Assembly (NCBI GenBank): GCA_944350015.1
Contig: CALVNW010000004.1
Span: 8,750 to 72,749, forward strand
Length of the DNA stretch: 64,000 nt
DNA from: an uncultured Clostridia bacterium
Lineage (GTDB): Bacteria > Bacillota > Clostridia > Christensenellales > UBA1242
Direction of reading: 5' to 3'
A program made the position numbers and the translations under genes. The notes below the pieces were generated by a model. It was not told the origin of the DNA and ran no database searches. It saw nothing but the letters and a program-made list of their open reading frames with translations. Shown piece after piece: positions 1-9,000 of this stretch; position 1 is the first letter of the stretch, and each line of letters begins with the position of its first letter.

Positions 1-1
1 T

Positions 2-175
2 AGCGGTGTTGTGTTTAAGGATATCGAACTTTCGCACGAAGAGAGCGGAAAGCCAATCGTCATTCTTCACGGCAAGGCACTTGAGAGATATAACGAAAGG
101 TTTGCCGGCAAGAAGATTGAAGTTTCACTATCTCATACGCCGATTATGGCAATCGCAATTGCTATTTTGCAGTAA
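2..175 (+). CDS. acpS: holo-[acyl-carrier-protein] synthase, C-terminal fragment (5' end lies outside the window)
   Basis: The frame is open from the window edge; it is absent from the ORF track because it has no start codon. Translation: SGVVFKDIELSHEESGKPIVILHGKALERYNERFAGKKIEVSLSHTPIMAIAIAILQ*. This resembles the AcpS C-terminus (FxDIE..NGKP...(V/I)S(L/I)SHT). It lies upstream of mazEF, as in Bacillus. Confidence 0.6.
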   Translation, partial: SGVVFKDIELSHEESGKPIVILHGKALERYNERFAGKKIEVSLSHTPIMAIAIAILQ

Positions 176-254
176 TAAAATATTGGCGGTGTGAGTTGTT
201 TTTTATGTAGGTGGTAAGCAAAATGAAAAGGGTGGTGAGTTTGTTCGGCTATTT

Positions 255-342
255 GCGGAAGAGAAAAATTTTTAAGTCCCTTAAAAATTTTTGTTTGTCA
301 TAAGATGACAAACTGCAAGCTTAAAAAGCTTGCCTCTTCCGC
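255..342 (+). repeat. four-way-junction palindromic element, copy A
   Basis: Outer stem GCGGAAGAG / CTCTTCCGC encloses three perfect hairpins. They are AAAAATTTTTAAG-TCC-CTTAAAAATTTTT, TTTGTCAT-AAG-ATGACAAA and GCAAGCTT-AAA-AAGCTTGC. Confidence 0.8.
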
Positions 343-411
343 AAACCTCTTCGAACCACTATATTGCACGTTCAAACTTTATTGATAAGGATTAATTAAA
401 AATATTATCAG

Positions 412-438
412 ATAAGCCAAAAGACTGGCTTATTTTTT
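412..438 (+). terminator. intrinsic terminator-like hairpin
   Basis: ATAAGCCA-aaagac-TGGCTTAT followed by a T run. Confidence 0.55.
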
Positions 439-508
439 ATGAATAATTTTAAACAATAAAAACAAAATAATAAAAAGTGATTAAAAGTCAGATTAATAGG
501 AGATAATT

Positions 509-772
509 ATGAACGCTGGCAAGATAAATCGTGAACTTAAAAAAAGAGTGAGGAATATAGAAAAGACAAAAGGCGACTATATTCACTCTGTTTTGGGTGA
601 AAACTTTGATGGCGCCCAGCATAAGATAGTAGTAGAAGGGAAAGTATTTTCAGAGGTTTATAATGCAACCAAAGATGAGCTTTTACCCTTAGAAAAAGCC
701 GACTTAATAGATTATTGGAATTTAGGAGAGAATGGACGGACAAATAAAAAGAGGAGAAATTTATTACGCTGA
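509..772 (+). CDS. putative MazE-like antitoxin (divergent; assigned by position only)
   Basis: An 87 aa ORF with RBS AGGAGataattATG, immediately upstream of mazF and overlapping it by 41 nt. No clear RHH or AbrB motif is recognisable by eye. Confidence 0.4.
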   Translation: MNAGKINRELKKRVRNIEKTKGDYIHSVLGENFDGAQHKIVVEGKVFSEVYNATKDELLPLEKADLIDYWNLGENGRTNKKRRNLLR

Positions 773-1079
773 CCTAAGCCCTGTAGTTGGAAGCGAGCAG
801 GGTGGCGTTCGTCCTGTGCTTATAATTCAAAACGACGTCGGAAACAAATACTCGCCAACAGTGATAGTGTCGGCAATAACAAGCCAGCTTGGCAAGGCGA
901 AACTTCCAACGCATATAGAGCTTCCGGCAGAAAAATACAACTTGCCAAAAAATTCGGTCGCACTACTAGAGCAGATAAGAACGCTTGACAAGCGCAGACT
1001 TCAAGAGAAAGTCACCACTCTCTCACCAGACAAGATGCGAGAGGTCAATAAAGCCCTCCTTATATCACTCGGGTTTTAA
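732..1079 (+). CDS. mazF: MazF/EndoA (PemK family) mRNA interferase toxin
   Basis: 115 aa. [30 protein letters not shown]...[10 protein letters not shown]...THIEL is a near-textbook PemK/MazF sequence. Confidence 0.9.
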   Translation: MDGQIKRGEIYYADLSPVVGSEQGGVRPVLIIQNDVGNKYSPTVIVSAITSQLGKAKLPTHIELPAEKYNLPKNSVALLEQIRTLDKRRLQEKVTTLSPDKMREVNKALLISLGF

Positions 1080-1193
1080 TTTGAATATTGTTCAAAAAAT
1101 GTATTTTTAAAAGATAAATATATACAAACAAAAAACGCTTGTACACAATGAGAGGCACAGGCGTTTTTATAATAGAATTTTTAAACATAAATC

Positions 1194-1267
1194 TGGCAGG
1201 GGTGGTAGGAGTTGAACCCACCTCAGGAGTTTTGGAGACTCTTATTCTACCGATGAACTACACCCCT
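1194..1267 (-). tRNA. trnW: tRNA-Trp (anticodon CCA), CCA end encoded
   Basis: The reverse complement folds by hand as a 74 nt cloverleaf. Acceptor AGGGGTG/CACCCCT, D arm GTTC-ATCGGTA-GAAT, anticodon arm AGAGT-CTCCAAA-ACTCC, T arm GTGGG-TTCAACT-CCTAC, then G-CCA. Confidence 0.85.
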
Positions 1268-1421
1268 TTATAAGTCTACTTAGATAATATACTACAAATT
1301 AGGTTTTTAGTCAATAAAAATTAAAAAATTTGTAAAAATTAAATAAAAATTTAGTATTTTGTCGTTTTTGTGTTATAATGTCTATGTTTAACAGTCGCAA
1401 AAGATAAAGTTAGGAGTTTTT

Positions 1422-2036
1422 ATGAACATAGGCATTGACATAGATGGAGTTATGACAAAACAAGATAAATATGTAAAGAAATATTTTTCTAAGTTTTTGC
1501 AAGAGAAAAATATATCCTTTAAACAGGATAGAACAAAGGCACGCTATAATATGCAGTTCGGTGTTACGCAAGAAGTGGAAGATGCCTTTTGGAATGAATA
1601 TGCCTTTCACTATGCAAAAGTTGTGAAAGTTATGAGTAACGCCTCTCAAATCATAGACAAACTTCGCAGAGAGGGCAACACAATAACTATCATTACCGCA
1701 CGAGTTCACTCAAGCCACCAAACTCCAGAGGGCGAGAAGATGAGGCAGGCTGTTAAAACTTGGCTTGCTAAAAATAAAATCTATTATGATAACATCTATT
1801 TTGGAAGTGAAAAAACAGGCAAAGTAGCATTAGCAAAGGAAAGTAAGATTGAGGTTATGATAGAAGATTCAGTTAGAAACACGAATGAGCTATCTACATT
1901 TATCCCTGTGCTTGTGTTTAGAAATCAGGCAAACAAAAAGACAAAAGGACCAAATAAAATAATTGTAAACAGCTGGAAAGATGTGTATAAAACTATAAAT
2001 AATCTTTCAAATATAAATAAGGTAAAAAATAATTAA
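1422..2036 (+). CDS. HAD-superfamily hydrolase, 5'(3')-deoxyribonucleotidase-like
   Basis: N-terminal DxDxV motif (IGIDIDGVM). Size and layout resemble NT5C/YorS-type nucleotidases. RBS AGGAG lies upstream. Confidence 0.45.
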   Translation: MNIGIDIDGVMTKQDKYVKKYFSKFLQEKNISFKQDRTKARYNMQFGVTQEVEDAFWNEYAFHYAKVVKVMSNASQIIDKLRREGNTITIITARVHSSHQTPEGEKMRQAVKTWLAKNKIYYDNIYFGSEKTGKVALAKESKIEVMIEDSVRNTNELSTFIPVLVFRNQANKKTKGPNKIIVNSWKDVYKTINNLSNINKVKNN

Positions 2037-2256
2037 AAATTAGCAAAATTATTAAAAAAATAAACAAAAATTACAAAAAATACAATAAAAACATTAAAAA
2101 TTCAACAAAAAACATTAAAAATTCAACAAAAAATATTAAAATACAATAAAAATTTACAAAAAATTTGACAAAAAGCATAAAAAAATAATAAAAAATTAAA
2201 AAAATATTAAAATATATTAAAAAATAATAAAAAATAATTAAAAAATAAATAAAAAT
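2036..2256. repeat. run of about 22 helically phased A-tracts (predicted intrinsically curved DNA)
   Basis: A4-A7 tracts recur every 8-12 nt. My hand count gives 21 intervals summing to 216 nt. The run includes a 21 nt tandem unit ACATTAAAAATTCAACAAAAA x2. Confidence 0.8.
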
Positions 2257-2296
2257 AAGGACATATTAAGTGTAATTGCCAATATGTCCTTTTTTA
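2257..2296. terminator. bidirectional terminator-like hairpin
   Basis: AAGGACATATT-13 nt loop-AATATGTCCTT, flanked by an A run and a T run. Confidence 0.55.
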
Positions 2297-2330
2297 TAGC
2301 AATAATAATCTATTAAATTTTTATTTTGAT

Positions 2331-2453
2331 ATTAATTCATAATCTTCCTAATAAAATTTAATTTAATAATAAATAATTTTTTATATTAATATTAATTATT
2401 AATTTATAATCTTTTTCGTAAAATTTAATTTAATAACAAATAATTTTTATTTA
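2331..2453. repeat. imperfect tandem duplication of an AT-rich unit of about 60 nt
   Basis: ATTAATTCATAATCTTCCTAATAAAATTTAATTTAATAATAAATAATTTT versus ATTAATTATTAATTTATAATCTTTTTCGTAAAATTTAATTTAATAACAAATAATTTT. Confidence 0.6.
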
Positions 2454-2473
2454 AAATTAATTTTAACCTATTT

Positions 2474-3739
2474 TTAAATTATAAAACTTGCGACTAAATC
2501 TTTCAAGCATTCGACAACATCTTTAAGTCTTTCGTCATCGTCAATGAGCCTTTGGTTGAAGCAAATTTGCAATTTAAAACAGTCATTTTTAATTTGATTA
2601 ATCGTTCTTGCTTTTTTGTATGAGTCAAAAATTGAGTTGATAGAAAAGTATTGCAAGTTGTGGTTATTTAAGATGTTGATTATCTGATATAACTTTTCTT
2701 TGTCATAGTCATTTGGTAAAAACAGCGTCACGTCTTGCACTCTGTCTTTACTTAGAACGTGCAGTTCAAGAAAGAGTTTTGTTTTAGGCTTGAGAACTTT
2801 TTTTACTAGAGTTGTCTTGTAAGCATTCTTTTTGATGTTAAAATAATCTTGGTCATTATCCCTGCTCTTATAGATGATAGAAAAGCCAAATTCCTTATAA
2901 AAGAGTTTGCATAGGCTACCTGTTATGCTTTCACTTGGCTTAAGTTTGCCGTTTAAGATGCTATCCTTAGCGTGCGGAGCAGATATTACTATGTCACTTA
3001 TACCGTCAACATACTCAAAATCATTCAAACTTTGAGCTTTCGAAAATGCGTCATCAATCTCGCGTAGTCTTTCAAGGCTAATCTGCCTTGACTTAATTTC
3101 ATTACGTTTGCGAATTGTCTTGCAAAAAGAATGCAAGGCATTTACAATTTTAACAAGATTTTGAGGAGAATACTCCAAAAAATTATTATTTATCTCAATT
3201 TGCACGGCTTTTTGCATAGGTTTGCTTGAAATAAAGTTTGACACCGTCTTCTGCTCTAGGCTGTAACCCTGGTCAATAGCAATCCTATAGATGCCAAATT
3301 TTTTGAAGGTGCTAGTAAGCTCGCCAAGCATACCATTGTCATCTTGCAAGGTCTTACCGAAGTTTGAGCAAATATTGACAACAAAATCACCCTTACTTAT
3401 GGTGTGAAGGTCAAGCACAACAATCGGCGAGTATTTTCGGCATACGCTGGCAAGTTGATTTTTGTAATCAGACTTCTCATCACTGTTTGCATCGTCTCCA
3501 CAGTTTTTGGTTTTGCAAAGTATGCTGTATCCAAAATACTTATTTAAAAGCTTTGCGATGACCCCGCTATTATACTCTGCAGGATAAATTTTTCCATCTT
3601 TTGTAAAAGATGATGAGTGTGGCGCACTGATAATAATGTCGCTTCTATTGCCTAGGATAAACTCATAAGAGGATTCGCCTTCATTTTTGAAACCCTCTTG
3701 CAACATTTCAATTTGATTTTTTGTAAGATTCTTTAACAT
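2474..3739 (-). CDS. protein with two tandem N-formylglutamate amidohydrolase (FGase)-like domains
   Basis: 421 aa made of two halves of about 200 aa. Each half carries (I/V)ISAPH..., D(A/N)N/D.D and (D/E)LH(T/V) motifs. The first half also has an QIEINN Glu, which is ICFNQ in the second half. Confidence 0.35.
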   Translation of the reverse strand: MLKNLTKNQIEMLQEGFKNEGESSYEFILGNRSDIIISAPHSSSFTKDGKIYPAEYNSGVIAKLLNKYFGYSILCKTKNCGDDANSDEKSDYKNQLASVCRKYSPIVVLDLHTISKGDFVVNICSNFGKTLQDDNGMLGELTSTFKKFGIYRIAIDQGYSLEQKTVSNFISSKPMQKAVQIEINNNFLEYSPQNLVKIVNALHSFCKTIRKRNEIKSRQISLERLREIDDAFSKAQSLNDFEYVDGISDIVISAPHAKDSILNGKLKPSESITGSLCKLFYKEFGFSIIYKSRDNDQDYFNIKKNAYKTTLVKKVLKPKTKLFLELHVLSKDRVQDVTLFLPNDYDKEKLYQIINILNNHNLQYFSINSIFDSYKKARTINQIKNDCFKLQICFNQRLIDDDERLKDVVECLKDLVASFII

Positions 3740-3792
3740 ATTCTCATCCTTTTTAGTATTATAACAAATTTTAAGAAAAAGTCAAAAAAATA

Positions 3793-3821
3793 TTGAAAAG
3801 TGTATAAATTTATAGTAAAAT
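3793..3821 (+). promoter_or_regulatory. sigma-A-type promoter candidate for the Fic gene
   Basis: TTGAAA, a 17 nt spacer, then TAAAAT. RBS AAGGTGG lies downstream. Confidence 0.45.
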
Positions 3822-3840
3822 ATATCTATAAGGTGGTTTT

Positions 3841-5052
3841 ATGAACGAAAGAAGGGATATAGGTTTTAAAGGATATTATTTGAGTGGAGATTTAGACTTA
3901 AGCAACATAAGAGAGCAACATAGGCTTATTGAGTTATATAAAAATGGTAAATTGTCAAAATTTATAGAGCCTTTTTTAAAGGCTTTTAATAATCTTGTCA
4001 ACCTCGACTATGTAATCAAGAGTGATAAGCTTGAACACGTTGACTATGGCGAGCTTGAAGATGATTTAAAGGATATCAAGTATGCCCTTATCACTAACAG
4101 CGGAGTGCTTGCCTTTCAGTATGGAAGGAGCAGAAAATTGCTCGGCGAAGAGGGGGTGTATGGCTTTAGGAATGACACAGATTTTGGCGATGTCTTTAAA
4201 GAGATAATCAAGTCAAAAAATGGAAGGTTTAAGATAATATCCTTTGATAATTTGCAAAATTTTTACAAGAAAAGCAAGGTTAATGACGGCTTTAGAACTT
4301 GCCAGCTTCAAGACAGTTTTGTCAAAAACACTCACTTAATCTTTATAAACCCTGCCTCAAATGAGTTTAAAGTGCTACCAAACAAAAATCATATGCTTGC
4401 ACTTGAGCAGATTATTGAGATGGCAAAGCGTGCAAGTGAAAGTGGAGAAAAGCTTGACAAAAAGGCACTTGTTAGCATAAACAAACTTTTATTTGCAGGT
4501 ACCGAACGAGATGGTGAAAGCGGTATAGGCAAATTTAGGCAGACTAACGTGCTTGTAGGCTGGCCACCTGCGTGGGAGACCATTGTTATTAGACAGGTTA
4601 CCAAAAGAGATGACCTTGGCAATCCAATTGAGTACGATAATACTCCTCTTATTAAGGAGATTGACGAGCTTTTTGCGTGGTATAATTCTACCGACCTTTC
4701 ACCAGTCATCAAGGCGACAATAATGAATTTGGAACTTGCTCGAATGCAACCCTTTAGAGATGGCAATAAGCGTGTGTCGAGATTGTTTACAAACTATGAG
4801 CTTATCAAGAACGGCTACCCAACGATAACCTTTAGGGCAAAGTCTAAGGTCGAGTATGATGACCGATTGGCAAGAGGAATTAATAGCAAGGATATCACCG
4901 AATTTGCCCAGTATCTAATTGATATGATTTATCTTCAACAAAATGCCTATCTAAATGAAATTGAGACGCTAAAACTATATCTTGAAGATGATATGCAAAA
5001 AGAAAATAGTATAAATTTTGAAATTGCACACACCGACGAAGAAAGAGAGTAA
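3841..5052 (+). CDS. Fic/DOC family protein with a degenerate active-site motif
   Basis: The C-terminal Fic core reads ...MQPFRDGNKRVSRLF... against the canonical HPFx(D/E)GNGRxxR. The catalytic His codon position is CAA (Gln) at 4747-4749. An upstream GIGKFR motif is typical of Fic proteins. Confidence 0.65.
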   Translation: MNERRDIGFKGYYLSGDLDLSNIREQHRLIELYKNGKLSKFIEPFLKAFNNLVNLDYVIKSDKLEHVDYGELEDDLKDIKYALITNSGVLAFQYGRSRKLLGEEGVYGFRNDTDFGDVFKEIIKSKNGRFKIISFDNLQNFYKKSKVNDGFRTCQLQDSFVKNTHLIFINPASNEFKVLPNKNHMLALEQIIEMAKRASESGEKLDKKALVSINKLLFAGTERDGESGIGKFRQTNVLVGWPPAWETIVIRQVTKRDDLGNPIEYDNTPLIKEIDELFAWYNSTDLSPVIKATIMNLELARMQPFRDGNKRVSRLFTNYELIKNGYPTITFRAKSKVEYDDRLARGINSKDITEFAQYLIDMIYLQQNAYLNEIETLKLYLEDDMQKENSINFEIAHTDEERE

Positions 5053-5130
5053 AAAGTCTAAAAATAAAGCAAAAAACTTTTGTTTTTTCAAGAAAAGTGC
5101 TACAATATCCAAGGTTAAAAGAGGTGACGA

Positions 5131-5745
5131 ATGGAAATTAAAAAACTTCACGGCTTGGTGCTTGACGCAAATGAATATGTAGTACGCAAAGATAATGAGT
5201 GTTTGCTTATAGATTGTGGTGCGCGCCTTGACGATGTCATTATGGCAACAGGTGGCAAAAAGGTGGTTGGCATCTTACTCACTCACGGGCATTATGACCA
5301 CTCTTTAAATTGTTTGGAGCAGGCAAAACACTTTGATTGTAAAATCTATGCAAATGAAAATATTAAAGACACGCTTATGGACCCAGAGGCGTCTTACAGT
5401 GAGGACGGCACAATAATAGACGATTTTTCTCGCTTTGAGTTTATCGAAGGAGATAAAAAAGTTAAGGTGGGCAGGTTTATCATTGACTGCTATTATTGCC
5501 CTGGGCATAGCAATTGCTGTGAGTGCTATATGATAGATGACTTGTTGTTCGCGGGAGATGTACTCTTTGAAAATGGAGTAGGGCGTACCGATTTGAAGTC
5601 TTCAAGCCGTGAGAAGATGTATAATAGCCTTTGCAAACTTGAAAAAATAAAATTTGACAAGGTTTATAGCGGTCACGGTAATGCCAGCGATTATGACTTT
5701 CAGATGAAAAATATATCAGTATTCAAAAGATTTTTATCAAGATAA
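5131..5745 (+). CDS. MBL-fold metallo-hydrolase
   Basis: THGHYDHS (HxHxDH) motif, later CPGHS and SGHG. 204 aa. RBS AGAGGTG. Confidence 0.8.
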   Translation: MEIKKLHGLVLDANEYVVRKDNECLLIDCGARLDDVIMATGGKKVVGILLTHGHYDHSLNCLEQAKHFDCKIYANENIKDTLMDPEASYSEDGTIIDDFSRFEFIEGDKKVKVGRFIIDCYYCPGHSNCCECYMIDDLLFAGDVLFENGVGRTDLKSSSREKMYNSLCKLEKIKFDKVYSGHGNASDYDFQMKNISVFKRFLSR

Positions 5746-5770
5746 TCTTAACTCAAATTAAGGTTATCTT

Positions 5771-5894
5771 TTATTTATCTTAAAAAAATTTAAAAATTAT
5801 ATACTTTTTAATAAAATTTTAACAATAACTATTTTATTTAATCTTTTTAAAAAAATTAAAAAATTATATGTTTTCTAATAAAATTTTATCAATA
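5771..5894. repeat. imperfect tandem duplication (units of about 60 nt) upstream of the surface-protein gene
   Basis: TTATTTATCTTAAAAAAATTTAAAAATTATATACTTTTTAATAAAATTTTAACAATA versus TTATTTAATCTTTTTAAAAAAATTAAAAAATTATATGTTTTCTAATAAAATTTTATCAATA. Confidence 0.6.
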
Positions 5895-5938
5895 TTTAAT
5901 AGAATTATAAAAATATTTAGTAGTTAATATTATTTAGT

Positions 5939-5967
5939 TTGACATTTGCTTAAATATTTTATAAAAT
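5939..5967 (+). promoter_or_regulatory. sigma-A-type promoter candidate
   Basis: TTGACA, a 17 nt spacer, then TAAAAT, about 85 nt upstream of the 6051 start codon. Confidence 0.5.
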
Positions 5968-6050
5968 ATAACTAATAATATATAATAAAAATGTAACTAA
6001 TAATAAAAATATACTAAAAAATATACTAAAAAATAATTTAAAGAGGTAAA

Positions 6051-9000
6051 ATGGAGAGAAAATTGTTGACAAAAAGAGATATATATTTTGTGGTGGTATT
6101 TATATTATCACTACTTTTTGTCTCGACTTTCTTTTATGGTGGTCAAAAGGTTGAAGATGAGGTTAGTTATGGTGCCACCACACCGACAAGTTCAACCTCT
6201 TGGACTGCAAGCTCAAGCTATTATGATACATCTTGGTCGGGAAGTGGAACGGCTAGCTCGCCCTATCTAATCACCACTCCTGCCGAGCTTGCGGGACTTG
6301 CCTATCGCGTAGACGCTGGCACCAGCTATAGCGGTAAATACTTCCTCCAGACAGCAGATTTGAATTTGCGAGCGCATTACTGGGACCCTATCGGGGATTA
6401 TGAATCTTTTTCAGGGTATTACGATGGAGGTGGACATACAATAACAAACCTTATAATAGATCATTCGTCTTCATCAACCACAATTACAGAGCTAGGACTT
6501 TTTTCAGATACTAGTGGCGCCACGATTAAAAACATAACCATAGCTAGTTCGTATATAGCCACTTATGTCTCTAGTGATCTTGGGTTTATAGTAGGTTGTG
6601 CCAACTACTCTATTATAGAAAACTGTCATACCGCTTCTTCCAACTTAATATATGTAAGCAAAGATGATTATGTGATTAATGCAGGAGGAATTGCTGGAAT
6701 GGTCCAACTCAGTACTATAATTAGAGGGTGTAGTAATGCCACCGATATAAAAGTGGCTAAGAATAGTCCTTCTGGAGGTTCTGTTGCTGGTGGAATATGT
6801 GGATTTGCTCTTGACAGTGAGATTATAGACTGTTATAATGAAGGAGAAATAACCTCTAGTGACTGTGACGACCTTGATTTACTTCAGAGTATCGGAGGAA
6901 TATGTGGGTATGTTTATAAAATTACATTTAATGGATGTTATAATAAGGGTTTCATTAATGGTGACAGATGTGCTGGTGGGATTGTAGGGCAGATTGATAT
7001 TGGCTCATGCATTATAACCAATTGTTATAATATCGGAGAAGTAAATGGTTATTATGCTGGCGGAATTGTTGCGTTAGTAAGGGATGGTGAGGATAGTATA
7101 ACAAACTGTTACAATACTGGCGCGATAGGTGGTAGCAGTATTGGCGCTTATGGTGTTTCTGGAATTTGCGGGTATAGTTTTGACTCTCTTAATATTATAA
7201 ATTGTTATAATGTGGGCAGTGTGCCGACTAGTAGCTGTGGGGGTATAATAACTTATAGTGGTGATGGTGACTATTTAAGCAATAATTACTATGGAGGTAA
7301 TTGCAACGCAGAATTTGGAATGGGCCCTAGTTACAATCCGTCAAACACAGGCTGTACTAAAATCACCAACTTAAATACAACTTCCTATGCAAAGAGTAGA
7401 AGTTGGTACACTAACTCCTCAAACTGGAATCGCTCATACCCTTGGGATTTTGACACGATATGGAGTATCAGCTCTTCTATCAATAATGGTTATCCATATT
7501 TAAATCCTAGGTATGCTATCAAATATAGTGTTCCAAGCCAACTATCATTATCCTCTTCAGCACCGACAAGTGCAGAGGCGGGTGAGACAGTATATATTCC
7601 ATCTCCAACTTCTAGAGGTGATGGATATTCTTTTGAGGGTTGGACTGCATCCAATTTGAATACTGACACAGCTAAGTATGGCAATAGTTCAAGTAGTGTG
7701 TCAACTCACTGGGCTAATGGCAGTACGAAAGTAAATGCAAATTATTTTGTTGACCTTGCAAATATCGGACAAACGGTAACGCTTACGGCTAATGTGAAGA
7801 TATCTAGTTACACCGTTAATGTCATCTATGGCAACGGAACATCAAACCGAAAACTTACGCTTGACTATGGGGAGTCCTTCAACCTTCCAGTGCCGAAGTG
7901 GAATGGCAAAGAGTTTCAAGGCTGGACAATATCGGGGACATATAATCTTGACACCGCACGTCAAGGGGGTTCGTCGAACCCGACCCTAGCGTGGTCAAAC
8001 ACAACGTCACTACCGACAAGTACATATTTTAGTAACCTTGCAATAGTAGACGGTGCTACCGTAACCCTCACTGCTCAGTGGGCGCCAGGACGATATGATA
8101 TAACTTATGACGTCAATAGTTCAGACGCGCAGTATGTTGGATTAAACTATGCACTTTCAGGTGAAGATTTTACAATAACAGCGGATGGTGGATGCCAGAT
8201 AAGTTTTGATTCAACATATGGAATTATTACAATAGATGGCAAGAACGATGATTGCACATATGGAGAAAGGTTAATTAGAACTGATATTGACTACCAGCCA
8301 AATAGTATGGAAGCTGGTCACTACAAGATTGGCGGTAGTCTCCAAAGAAAAGAGGGGGTACTTCCAGCTTATAGACCTCATATTGATATTTACCTTGATA
8401 GCTATTTGTTGGGTGAGGGAAGCACTGAGTACACGTATTATCATAAGTATACAGAAACAAATGATATGGGGAGTAGTAGAAAATACGTAGAACTTACTAT
8501 ATTCCCTTGTTCTTACACTTATGACAACACACAGTATAGAGTGTTTGCCTATGACCCTAACTATAGCGGAGACAACACCCAGCAGATATTATATGGTGAT
8601 ACTCCAGCTATGGGGTACGCTATAAGACCAGGTTATGTATTAAGCGGTTGGAACACAAGGGCAGACGGCAAGGGTACCACCTACGGACCAGACAACATCG
8701 GTACAATCACCTCAGATATAACCCTCTACGCGCAGTGGGAACTTGCAACCTACACAGTCACCTTTGATGGCAATGGTGGAACAAGTGAGCTTGACCGAAT
8801 GGACGTAGAGTACCTTTCCACCTTTGGTAGTGGCAATGGCGGAGAGCTACCACTTGCCGAAAAAGAAGGTTATGTATTTAAAGGCTGGTACTTAAGTGCC
8901 GACTCTGACGAAGAGGTAACTGCCTCAACGATTTATACCTATACAGACAACATAACTCTCTACGCACAATGGGAAGAGACTTGGTATGACTATGGTGTCA

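Noticed and set aside
6-194. A 62 aa ORF from the track at the window start.
   Set aside because: It is out of frame with the clearly AcpS-like reading frame (2-175) that runs in from the window edge, and it has no RBS or recognisable motif. I treat it as a shadow ORF.
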